Shown in pieces: positions 35,431 through 44,584 of a stretch of 64,000 bases of DNA. Position 1 is the first letter of the stretch, and every line of letters starts with the position of its first letter. The notes under the pieces are model-generated. The model did no database searches and was not told where the DNA came from. It saw only the letters and a list, made by a program, of their open reading frames with translations. The translations under genes and the position numbers were made by a program. Source of the stretch: an uncultured Candidatus Bathyarchaeia archaeon (GTDB lineage: Archaea; Thermoproteota; Bathyarchaeia; Bathyarchaeales; Bathyarchaeaceae); NCBI GenBank assembly GCA_964618695.1, contig CAZUDX010000001.1, positions 73,843-137,842 of the forward strand. Direction: 5' to 3'.

Positions 35431-37254
35431 GTGAAAAAAAGTGGGACAACTCTAATTGTATTACTCGTTATTTCTTCCTTATTGGTAATTCTTTCCAACA
35501 TTGAGACTGTTACGGCAGAACCTAGAACAATTGTTGTTCCTGACGATTATTCCACGATTCAAGAGGCAATTGATGGAGCTTCTGAAGGCGACACCGTGTT
35601 TGTGAAGAATGGAATCTACATCGAAAGCGTCACAATTGACAAAGCCTTGGCGCTTGAGGGCGAGAACAAAGAATCAACAGTAATCGACGGAAACAACACT
35701 GGACCAACCATTCTCATACGCCACGACGGAGTCAACGTTACAGGCTTCAAAATAAGAAATGTCGAAGACCCCCCGCCGTTTTCTGATTCACGCGGAAGAC
35801 TTGCAGGAATCCATCTGCTGGATGTTCGTCACTGCAGAATATATGGAAACAATGTGGTAAACTGTGGCAAAGGAGTATGGCTTCACGGGTCATCAGACAA
35901 CAACATAATTACAAACAGTTTTTCAGGCAACAACTACGGTGTCCTCTTAGAGTCATCCAACAACAACATCATCACTGTAAACACGATTTCAGATGGTTGG
36001 GGCGGCATCTGGATTGAAAACTCCGAAAACAACATGCTTAGAGACAACAACATGCTAAATAACGTCCAAAACTTCGGAATCTTAGGCTCTGAGATTTCAC
36101 ACTACAACAATGATGTTGATCTGTCAAACCTGATCAACAGCAACAGAGTATATCGTGTTATTGACGAAACAAACCTGATCATTGATCCCTCTTCCTTTCC
36201 AGATGTTGGCTATTTGCTCGTAATAAACTGCACAGGCATAACAGTTCAAAGCTTGCAAGTAACCAACAACTATGTAGGAATACATTTAGTGGGTTCACCT
36301 AACTGCACACTAACTCAAAACGTTGTATCAAATAACACGTGCGGAATATGGGTTCAACTCTCTCAGGACTGCGTTATTTCCGAGAATGAAGTTGAATCAA
36401 ATAGTGATTGGGGAATCCGAGTTGACAAGTCGGATAACAGCCACATATCCCACAATTATATGGAATATAATCAATTGAATGGGATCGTGATCACTGGTTC
36501 GGATAACAATTTGATAGTTGAAAATAATATAGCACATGGCTTCGACGGTTCTGAGGGATTCAATGGTATCAGTCTACTTTCATCTAGCAATAACCAGATT
36601 GTCGGAAATTCGATATTAGGGAATGAAAATTGTGCTGGAATAAATCTCAAGGATTCTTCAAATAACTTAGTGAAAAGAAATCTAGTCGATCCTGGTGCTC
36701 TAGGAATAAACATTCGAGAAGAGTCCAACTACAATGAAATTTTGGAGAATACTTTACTAACTGACATGGGTAGTTGGGGAATTGTTCTGTTTAGTTCATT
36801 TAATGTGTTGACTGGAAACAACGTTACAAACTTTTACACGGGCATTAAGCTTTCCGGCGAAAACAACACTGTTACGCAGAACATTTTTTACAGTAAGGAG
36901 CGTGCAATTGAAGTTTTTCCGGAAAGCAACAACAACACATTCATTATGAACAACTTTCAGGGGGGGACAGAAATTTTCGATTTCAGTCAAGTCTGGCAGG
37001 AACTCCCAGTGAATATTTGGGACGACGGAGAAAAAGGCAATTACTGGGAGAACTATAAAGGAATAGATAATAACGGTGATGGAACAGGAGATACTCCATA
37101 CATCATAAACGAGAAAAACCAAGACAACCATCCACTCATGGAGCCAGTCATAATCCCAGAGTTCCCACCATGGATACTTTTGCCACTGTTTTTGATTGCC
37201 ACACTGTTTGCGTTGGTTATAAAAAAGAAACTCTCGACTCAACTTCTCCAATAA
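35431..37254 (+). CDS. Secreted right-handed parallel beta-helix (NosD/pectate-lyase-like) repeat protein with PEF-CTERM anchor
   Basis: 607 aa with a signal peptide. More than 15 N-x-I-x-x-N-type beta-helix turns and many NxS/T sequons. The C-terminus is PEFPPW + TM + KKK. Confidence 0.75.
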   Translation: MKKSGTTLIVLLVISSLLVILSNIETVTAEPRTIVVPDDYSTIQEAIDGASEGDTVFVKNGIYIESVTIDKALALEGENKESTVIDGNNTGPTILIRHDGVNVTGFKIRNVEDPPPFSDSRGRLAGIHLLDVRHCRIYGNNVVNCGKGVWLHGSSDNNIITNSFSGNNYGVLLESSNNNIITVNTISDGWGGIWIENSENNMLRDNNMLNNVQNFGILGSEISHYNNDVDLSNLINSNRVYRVIDETNLIIDPSSFPDVGYLLVINCTGITVQSLQVTNNYVGIHLVGSPNCTLTQNVVSNNTCGIWVQLSQDCVISENEVESNSDWGIRVDKSDNSHISHNYMEYNQLNGIVITGSDNNLIVENNIAHGFDGSEGFNGISLLSSSNNQIVGNSILGNENCAGINLKDSSNNLVKRNLVDPGALGINIREESNYNEILENTLLTDMGSWGIVLFSSFNVLTGNNVTNFYTGIKLSGENNTVTQNIFYSKERAIEVFPESNNNTFIMNNFQGGTEIFDFSQVWQELPVNIWDDGEKGNYWENYKGIDNNGDGTGDTPYIINEKNQDNHPLMEPVIIPEFPPWILLPLFLIATLFALVIKKKLSTQLLQ

Positions 37255-37329
37255 TAAAACAATCCAGCTTCATTGGGAGCCGAAAATATCTTATGCTAAT
37301 TAAATAGTCAAAATTTGAGGTTGCTTAGG

Positions 37330-37722
37330 ATGTTTGAGCCGGTTGAAGAGGCAAACGCGTTAGATTGGAAAGAGACAATATTGAAAGCAAAGAAGCTTGT
37401 TGTTGTGGAGTTTTGGTCTCCATACTGTCCTCATTGCCAAGCAATCAAACCAGTTTACGACGAACTTGCATTAGAATACGGAGACAAACTGAAATTCACC
37501 AAACTCAATGTCATGGATAGCCCCGAAAACCAAAAACTTGCAGCAAAACATGGCATAATGGGAACACCAACATTCCTGTTCTTCTGCGGAGGAAGACCAG
37601 TCAACGGTGTTGTTGGAGCATTAGCAAAAGAAGACCTTACACAAGCAATAGAGTTCACAATCCAAAAACACGAAGATTGCTCAAAGAAAAGCACACCTCT
37701 AAGTCTGCCCTACATTAGCTGA
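37330..37722 (+). CDS. Thioredoxin
   Basis: Start set at ATG 37330, 8 nt after GAGGT. Has a WSPYCPHC active site and a Trx fold (GTPTFLFF). Confidence 0.85.
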   Translation: MFEPVEEANALDWKETILKAKKLVVVEFWSPYCPHCQAIKPVYDELALEYGDKLKFTKLNVMDSPENQKLAAKHGIMGTPTFLFFCGGRPVNGVVGALAKEDLTQAIEFTIQKHEDCSKKSTPLSLPYIS

Positions 37723-37836
37723 TTAACTAAACACGTGTTCAGGTTTGATTATACAAGTATTCGTTGTTGCTTCTATGTGACACTCCGTTTGTTTCAAGTC
37801 AAAACGCAACGGTTCTTCTGGACAACAGAACAGTGA

Positions 37837-38877
37837 ATGTCGGCAGTAAATGATAACATATTTGAGGGTACATTTGCTAGTGAGTTTGGATATCAGATGA
37901 AAGTTGAGGAAATTTGGCGCGTTTCTGGAGAAGAATTGGCTTCAATGATTGAAAAGGGACTTTTCCGAAACAATCAGAGAAGAATTCGGTTTTACGCTCC
38001 AAGTTTCATGAACTACAAAACCAGCTACTATTGCTCATCTAAAACTTTTTTTCCATCGATTTCAATCACAGGGTCTTCATGTGCTCTGAAATGCAAACAT
38101 TGCGACGGAAAGGTTCTCAACACTATGTATCCAGTTTCTACTCCAAACGAACTTTTTGAGTTATGCAAGAAATTGAAGGCTAAAGGAGCAGTGGGATGTC
38201 TCATAAGTGGAGGGTGCCTTCCTGATGGTTCTGTTCCCCTTGACAATTTCGTAGACGCCATAGCCAAAGTGAAAAAAGAGTTGGGATTAACCATTGCAAC
38301 CCATACTGGAGTCATAGAGTTGTCCACTGCGAAGAGGCTGAAGGAGGCAGGTGTTGACGCTGCGCTACTTGACATAATTGGTTCCAATCAAACCATACAA
38401 GAGATATACCGACTGAAAATCACTGTTGAAGACTACGATAGGTCTTTGAAGGCTTTGCACAAATCAGGTATTCCTTTCGTTCCTCACTTGCTTGTTGGGC
38501 TTCACTATGGCGAACTGAAGGGTGAACTTCAAGCCCTAAAGATTATTTCTAATCACTCACCCTCAGCGATTATTTTGATAGCTTTCATGCCGATTCATGG
38601 AACACCCATGGAAAAAGTTGTCCCCCCAAGTCCCGAAGACATTGCCAAAGTGCTGGTTACAACTAAACTGCTGATGCCCAATACGCCTGTTGCCTTAGGA
38701 TGCATGAGACCGAAGGGAAAACACAGAACAAAAACAGATACTTTGGCTGTGAAAGCTGGAGTCAACGCCATCGCCTTTCCAGACGAAGAAGCAATAAAGC
38801 TAGCAGAATCGTTAGGTCTAGAGATTTCGTTTTCGCCCATCTGCTGCTCCCAAATCTTCAAAGACCTAATATCATGA
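37837..38877 (+). CDS. Radical SAM protein, biotin-synthase-homolog type; candidate lipoyl synthase component LipS2
   Basis: 346 aa. CALKCKHC (CX3CX2C) preceded by FPSISITG, then GGC.PDG. The pattern matches my memory of the COG1856-type LipS2 family; not verified. Confidence 0.55.
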   Translation: MSAVNDNIFEGTFASEFGYQMKVEEIWRVSGEELASMIEKGLFRNNQRRIRFYAPSFMNYKTSYYCSSKTFFPSISITGSSCALKCKHCDGKVLNTMYPVSTPNELFELCKKLKAKGAVGCLISGGCLPDGSVPLDNFVDAIAKVKKELGLTIATHTGVIELSTAKRLKEAGVDAALLDIIGSNQTIQEIYRLKITVEDYDRSLKALHKSGIPFVPHLLVGLHYGELKGELQALKIISNHSPSAIILIAFMPIHGTPMEKVVPPSPEDIAKVLVTTKLLMPNTPVALGCMRPKGKHRTKTDTLAVKAGVNAIAFPDEEAIKLAESLGLEISFSPICCSQIFKDLIS

Positions 38878-39015
38878 TTCTAGGCAATAGGCAGACGTCT
38901 TTGCAGACATAACAGTTACGTTTTTGTTCGCCAACATACATTTCCAGAAACTATTTGAAGGGCGATTCCAATCACAATTTTTCTGTGTTTCCTTCAAGCA
39001 AACGGAGATTTGTTA

Positions 39016-39360
39016 ATGTCAACTCACCCTCGAATGGTTAGAGAGAGAAAAACAATTGAAGCCATGGTAAAAATTTACTGCCATAACCATCATGAAAGCG
39101 ATGGAGAACTTTGTCAGGAATGCAATGAACTGTTTGAATATGCAATGATGCGACTAGATAAATGTCCCTACCAAGAAAAGAAAACAACCTGCGCCAAATG
39201 CCCAATACATTGCTACAAACCAGAAATGAGAACAAAAGTAAGGGAAGTGATGAAGCATTCAGGACCTCGCATGCTATTCAAGCATCCAATCTTAGCGATA
39301 AAACATCTTTTAGACGGGCGCAAGAAACCAGAAAAACCCAAAAAACGACAAGCCTCCTGA
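39016..39360 (+). CDS. Cys/His-rich YgbA-like (nitrous-oxide-stimulated-promoter family) protein
   Basis: ATG 39016 lies 8 nt after GGAG. Motif string REKKTIEAMVKIYCHNHH...CQEC...CPY...CAKCPIHCYKP. Confidence 0.6.
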   Translation: MSTHPRMVRERKTIEAMVKIYCHNHHESDGELCQECNELFEYAMMRLDKCPYQEKKTTCAKCPIHCYKPEMRTKVREVMKHSGPRMLFKHPILAIKHLLDGRKKPEKPKKRQAS

Positions 39361-39399
39361 GCGCGTAATTTTTATTTCGCTTTCAACTAACAACTAAAC

Positions 39400-40182
39400 A
39401 TGTCAGTGAACGTGGACGCAGAGTCCATCAACCTTAAGGCTCGAACTCGAAAGAAAGTAAAAGAGACAGTTGCTATTGAGGAGCCGTCAAACATCTATTT
39501 GAATGGTGAATATTTGGTCACTCTTTTGTCAACTCCAACAATGAGAAAGGAACTCGCCATTGGTTGGCTCTTAAGCGAAGGCATTATTCACTCTTTCTCG
39601 GAAATAGAAAACATCACAGTTTCAGAAAGTGAAATAGAAGTCGACATAAACCGTTCTTTTGACAGAAAAGATTTGAACATTTTTGGCGTAACCAGACTCT
39701 ACACAACCGCTTGCGGATTATCCACTGCAAAATTCAACCAAGTGATATCCACCAAAGAAACCCAGATGATACAGTCTGATTACCAAGTTAAAGCAAGCCA
39801 ACTCCTGCAAATGATGGAGGAACTGGAAAATAGAGCCGTTTTTTTCCAGACAACTGGAGGAACACATGTGTCAGCCCTGTTTCACAAAGGCAGACTTGTG
39901 GCGTTAGCTGAGGATGTTGGACGTCATAATAGTGTTGATAAAGTGATTGGAAGTGGGGCTCGGTCTGGAATAGAATTTTCTGAGTGTGTTCTCGCTAGTT
40001 CAGGTAGACAACCCGCAGACATGGTGTTGAAAGCTGCAAGAACAGGCATTCCGATAATTGTGTCAAAAGCCGCTCCGATACGTTCAGGGATAATAGCCGC
40101 AGAAAATTGGGGCGTGACGCTTGTCTGTTTTGCCAGAAAAAACAGGATGAACGTGTATACCCATTCCTTTAGAATACAGTAA
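39400..40182 (+). CDS. fdhD: FdhD-family sulfurtransferase-like protein
   Basis: 260 aa. Motifs TTGGTHVSAL and EDVGRHNSVDKVIG. The Cys loop reads TTACGLS, i.e. a single Cys. Confidence 0.85.
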   Translation: MSVNVDAESINLKARTRKKVKETVAIEEPSNIYLNGEYLVTLLSTPTMRKELAIGWLLSEGIIHSFSEIENITVSESEIEVDINRSFDRKDLNIFGVTRLYTTACGLSTAKFNQVISTKETQMIQSDYQVKASQLLQMMEELENRAVFFQTTGGTHVSALFHKGRLVALAEDVGRHNSVDKVIGSGARSGIEFSECVLASSGRQPADMVLKAARTGIPIIVSKAAPIRSGIIAAENWGVTLVCFARKNRMNVYTHSFRIQ

Positions 40183-40214
40183 TAACTCATGAACACGGGA
40201 TAATTTGATGTCAG

Positions 40215-41234
40215 GTGAATGATGTGGGCAAAAATTCCGTTAATGAATTGCCAGACCGTATCCGAGTTTCAATGGGCTCGGCTACTGTGCTTGGGTTGTT
40301 GCGAGGTAGGTTAGATGCCAAACCCACAACCGTTTACCTACTCACTTGTCGAACCGAAAAGTGTTCCGCCAACTGTGGTTTTTGTCCCCAAGCCAGAGAG
40401 AGCAAAGGCAGAGCAGACATGCTGTCCAGAGTGACATGGCCTATCTTCCCGACAAAACAGGTTGTTGATGGAATAGAGAAAGCTGAAAAAACGGGAGATA
40501 TAAAGCGGGTTTGCATCCAGACACTGAACTACCCAGAGGTTTTCAACGATGTTTTGCTTCTGGTTAAAGAAATAAAGTCCCGAGCCCAAGTTCCGGTATC
40601 CGTCTCTTGTCAACCCGCAAGCCCAGAGAGATTGAAGGCTTTGTCAGAGGCTGGTGTTAACCGCATAAGTGTTGCTTTGGATGCTGCCACAGAAGAAATA
40701 TTTGACAAGGTTAAGGGAAGAATCATCGGCGGACCTTACAGATGGGAGAAACAGCATGAGGCTCTAAAGGATGCTGTCAGCGTCCTCGGAGAAGACTCGG
40801 TGAGTACACATCTTATTGTAGGTTTAGGGGAGACAGAGAAGGAGCTTTGTCGAACGATTCAATGGTGTGTTGATTCAGGAGTCTATCCGGGATTGTTCGC
40901 CTTTACACCGATATCGGGAACTGCTCTTGAAAACAACCCTCCGCCATCCCTAAGCCAATATCGAAGAGTTCAAGTTGCCCACTACCTCTTAACCCACAGA
41001 AAAACACGACTGGAAAACATGGAATTTGATGAAGGTGGACGTGTCACCAACTTTGGAATATCTAAGAAACAGTTACGGGAAGTCGTTGAAACTGGCGAAC
41101 CTTTTCTCACTTCCGGATGTTCAGGATGCAACCGACCATACTACAACGAAAGACCCGGCGGTCCAATCTATAACTGTCCTAGGCAACCGAGGTCCGAGGA
41201 AATTGCTGAAGCAAAAAAAATGTTAGAAATCTAG
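40215..41234 (+). CDS. Radical SAM protein, biotin-synthase-related; candidate lipoyl synthase component LipS1
   Basis: 339 aa with a GTG start. CSANCGFC (CX3CX2C), LSRVTWP and IVGLGETE motifs. Matches my memory of the COG2516-type LipS1 family; not verified. Confidence 0.55.
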   Translation: MNDVGKNSVNELPDRIRVSMGSATVLGLLRGRLDAKPTTVYLLTCRTEKCSANCGFCPQARESKGRADMLSRVTWPIFPTKQVVDGIEKAEKTGDIKRVCIQTLNYPEVFNDVLLLVKEIKSRAQVPVSVSCQPASPERLKALSEAGVNRISVALDAATEEIFDKVKGRIIGGPYRWEKQHEALKDAVSVLGEDSVSTHLIVGLGETEKELCRTIQWCVDSGVYPGLFAFTPISGTALENNPPPSLSQYRRVQVAHYLLTHRKTRLENMEFDEGGRVTNFGISKKQLREVVETGEPFLTSGCSGCNRPYYNERPGGPIYNCPRQPRSEEIAEAKKMLEI

Positions 41235-41253
41235 ACCCAGATTGGCTTTTGGT

Positions 41254-41484
41254 TTATCGTATGGAGCGGACGAAACGTTGGTACATGTAAACAAAATAGA
41301 TCATAGCAAAGATTGTTAGACAAATTTCGAAGGACAGTATCAGATGGTTTTGCTCTGTAGCAGTGAAAACCCCTGTTTGGGATATGTCCCAGAAGACTAG
41401 CATTTGCAGAAAGATGGCGCTGCTTACGCAACCCAGACCCAAACTGTGGAACAACAGGCGCCAATGCAACGGTGGTTTGCTCAT
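41254..41484 (-). CDS. Possible small two-TM membrane protein
   Basis: 76 aa with two hydrophobic stretches. Lies downstream of the P-type ATPase on the same strand. No RBS or motif support. Confidence 0.2.
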   Translation of the reverse strand: MSKPPLHWRLLFHSLGLGCVSSAIFLQMLVFWDISQTGVFTATEQNHLILSFEICLTIFAMIYFVYMYQRFVRSIR

Positions 41485-41628
41485 TGTTCGTCTAATAATA
41501 GCTCCAAGTGAGACTTTATTACACTTGTGAAATCGCTATATAGAACGTGTTTACGGATTGAAAAGAACAGATTCAACTAACGATTTCTAATCTGTCATTG
41601 TAATCGAATTATTATTTTTCTTTGGAGA

Positions 41629-44337
41629 CTACTTCCAGCGCCAAATCTTTCGGTCATAGAAGATTTCAGGCAATATTAGCAATCCCGATAGCGATAAGGG
41701 TATAACTATGGCCCATTCCTCAAGGCTTAAGGGTACTGTGTCGAACAAGCCTGTGAAAGGCACAAGCATTGTTGCAATTGCCGAGGCAACTACAGCAAAG
41801 AGTAGCCACTTGTTTGAGGTGAATCCAACCCTGAAGGCATTCTTTCGTTCTGACCTGCAGTTCCAAACAACCATCAATTCACGTATGGTAGCTTGCGTGA
41901 AAGCCATTGTTTGTGCACGATGGAAATCGGGACTTCCTGGAATGCCGTCTCCCACTACATAGAACATTACAAAGAATAGGACTCCTGTTCCAAGGAATTG
42001 GGTTGTGAAGCTCATCAGTATCGAGGCGAATCTTCCATAAAGTATTCCCTCTTTCGGGTCTCGGGGAGGCTTTTCCATCAAGTCTGGCTGTGGTGGGTCC
42101 AAGCTCAAAGCTAAGGCGGGACCTCCGTCGGTTATCAGATTTATCCACAGGATCATGCCAGCCGCTAAAGGCAGTTCTAGACCCAGCAAAGCAAAAAGTC
42201 CTATGACAAGAAGTTCGTCAAAGTTGGAACGCAGCAGGAAGAAGGAGAATTTTCGTATGTTGTCGTATATGGCTCGTCCGCCTTCAACTGCGGTGACAAT
42301 TGTGGCGAAGTTGTCGTCTGCCAGCACCATGTCTGCCGCTTCTCGGGTAACGTCGGTTCCTGTGATGCCCATTGCGACGCCGATGTCTGCCTGTTTGAGG
42401 GCTGGAGCGTCGTTAACTCCGTCTCCGGTCATGGCGACGATGTGCCCTTTATCTTTAAGGGCTTTTACGATTCGAAGCTTGTGTTCCGGAGAGACACGCG
42501 CGTAGACAACTGCTTTTTCCACGATCTTCTCGAATTCTTCGTCGCTCATCTTGTCCAGTTCTGCGCCTGTTAAAGCCAAGTCTCCTTCAGTCATTATGGT
42601 TAATTCTTTAGCTATGGCAACTGCTGTAAGTTTGTGGTCTCCAGTAATCATCACGGTTTTTATGCCTGCTTTTCGGCACAGTTCATTGGCGCCCTTCGCT
42701 TCGTCTCTGGGCGGATCAATCATTCCCGCTAAACCGATGAAAGTTAAGTTGCTCTCCAGTTCGTCTTCGTTGTGTTTTCCAGTTTCAGTTTTTGGTAACT
42801 CTTTGTAGGCTATGGCGAGGACACGGAGAGCCTGCTTTGCCATCTCCTCGTTTGTCTTCAAGATTTTTTCTTTTTCTTTACTGGTTAGCGTAACTGTTTT
42901 GCCATCCTTGAGGATGCTTTCTGAGCGGTCTAAGAGGATTTCGACGGCTCCTTTAACGTATGTGAAGACCTCTCCTTCAGGTGACCTGTGGACTGTCGTC
43001 ATACGTTTTCTCTCGGAGGTGAAGGGGACTTCCTGAAGGCGGGGATAACTGTTATCGAGGTTTGTTTTTGTAATTCCCGCCTTTGCGGCTGCTACGATCA
43101 GCGCTCCCTCAGTGGTGTCTCCGAGTACTTTTTGTCCGTCGTAACTGGCGTTGGAGCATAATGTGCTGGCTTTCAACAGCAGATTAAGATGTATGTCATC
43201 TTTCGGGTCTATGGAAACCCCATTTAGGAGGAAGTCTCCTTTTGGTTCGTAGCCGGCACCTGTCACGTCAATCATTTTATTGTTGACGTAGATTTTGCGC
43301 ACGGTCATTTCGCCCTTTGTTAGGGTGCCTGTTTTGTCGGAGCAGATGATGTCTGTGGCGCCTAAAGTTTCTGCGGATGAAAGTTTTCTTATGAGTGCAT
43401 TACGTTTTGCGAGTTCTCTGGCGCCTAGGGCAAGGGACACAGTTACAACAGCAGGCAAACCTTCTGGAACCGCTGATACAGCAAGTGCGATTGCGACTTC
43501 AAAGGCGTTTATTATCTCACTTATCCCGCTTGTTCCGAGAACAAAAAGTTCATACAATTCAAGAAAGAAGATGATAATACACATAGCCACAATTATTATT
43601 CCCAGTTTTTTGGCGAACTTTGCCAGTTTCTGCTTGAGGGGCGTGTCCACCTTTTCCACGGACTGAACCAGTTTGGCGACTTTGCCGAATTCCGTTCCCA
43701 TGCCAGTGGAGGTGATTACTGCTTTGCCTCTGCCGTAAGTTATGTGGGTTGCCATGAAAACTGAGTTTTTTCTGTCAGCTACAGGCGTTTTTTCGTCAAG
43801 AACGCCGTCCAGTTTGGACACGGCTGTGGATTCACCAGTTAAAATCGCTTCGTCGGTTTTCAGGTCCACAACATTGAGGAGTCGAGCGTCAGCGGGGATA
43901 CGGTCTCCAGCTTCCAAGAGAGCGATGTCTCCGGGCACAACCTCTCGTGAGGGAATAAGCAGTTCTTTCCCGTTCCTCAGAACCCGAGCCTTTGGGGCAG
44001 TAAGTTTTTTCATTGCTTCCATTGCCTTTTCCGATCGGTATTCTTGTACAAAACCGACTAGGGCGTTGAGGACTACTATGGTACCTATGGTTGCGGCGTC
44101 TACGATCTCGTTTATTGCAACTGAGATGACTATTGCGATTAGAAGCATGATAACGAATATGTCCTTGAATTGACCAAAGAATATCTGAATGGGGCTTACT
44201 CCCTTCTTGGTCACAAGCTCGTTGGGTCCGAACTCTTGCAGCCGACGTTCAGCCTCTTCAGTGCTCAAGCCTGCTTCAGTGGCTTTTAGAGATTTTAGGA
44301 GGTTCTCCTTTTCCATGGAGTGCCATTCGTTGCTCAT
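41629..44337 (-). CDS. P2-type cation-transporting ATPase (SERCA/PMCA-like, probably Ca2+)
   Basis: Start set at ATG 44337. Motifs TGES, DKTGTLT, TGDHKLTA, TGDGVNDAPAL, TM4 PEGLP and TM6 NLITDGGPA. Confidence 0.9.
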   Translation of the reverse strand: MSNEWHSMEKENLLKSLKATEAGLSTEEAERRLQEFGPNELVTKKGVSPIQIFFGQFKDIFVIMLLIAIVISVAINEIVDAATIGTIVVLNALVGFVQEYRSEKAMEAMKKLTAPKARVLRNGKELLIPSREVVPGDIALLEAGDRIPADARLLNVVDLKTDEAILTGESTAVSKLDGVLDEKTPVADRKNSVFMATHITYGRGKAVITSTGMGTEFGKVAKLVQSVEKVDTPLKQKLAKFAKKLGIIIVAMCIIIFFLELYELFVLGTSGISEIINAFEVAIALAVSAVPEGLPAVVTVSLALGARELAKRNALIRKLSSAETLGATDIICSDKTGTLTKGEMTVRKIYVNNKMIDVTGAGYEPKGDFLLNGVSIDPKDDIHLNLLLKASTLCSNASYDGQKVLGDTTEGALIVAAAKAGITKTNLDNSYPRLQEVPFTSERKRMTTVHRSPEGEVFTYVKGAVEILLDRSESILKDGKTVTLTSKEKEKILKTNEEMAKQALRVLAIAYKELPKTETGKHNEDELESNLTFIGLAGMIDPPRDEAKGANELCRKAGIKTVMITGDHKLTAVAIAKELTIMTEGDLALTGAELDKMSDEEFEKIVEKAVVYARVSPEHKLRIVKALKDKGHIVAMTGDGVNDAPALKQADIGVAMGITGTDVTREAADMVLADDNFATIVTAVEGGRAIYDNIRKFSFFLLRSNFDELLVIGLFALLGLELPLAAGMILWINLITDGGPALALSLDPPQPDLMEKPPRDPKEGILYGRFASILMSFTTQFLGTGVLFFVMFYVVGDGIPGSPDFHRAQTMAFTQATIRELMVVWNCRSERKNAFRVGFTSNKWLLFAVVASAIATMLVPFTGLFDTVPLSLEEWAIVIPLSLSGLLILPEIFYDRKIWRWK

Positions 44338-44584
44338 GTCAACCGCCTGTCTTACTGACTGGAAGATTTGGAGTTTAAGGTGTTTTGCTATTAAAAAGCG
44401 TTTCTTACTAGTGATGTGAAAATTTTCTGTATCTACAAGAAATATTAGAATCAAGACTCAGAGTTTGAGCTCAGCTGACAAAACTAAGGATGTGAACTGC
44501 GTTCTCCTAACGATGCGGCGAAAAACTTAAAACAAACATGTAAAATTCGTATTAAGTCTAAACACTGGTGTGTGAATTACATTG

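Noticed and set aside
41231-41464. A 77-aa ORF overlapping the 3' end of the LipS1-like gene and the 41254..41484 ORF.
   Set aside because: It is an alternative frame of the same region, without hydrophobic or motif features. Only the two-TM frame is kept, at low confidence.
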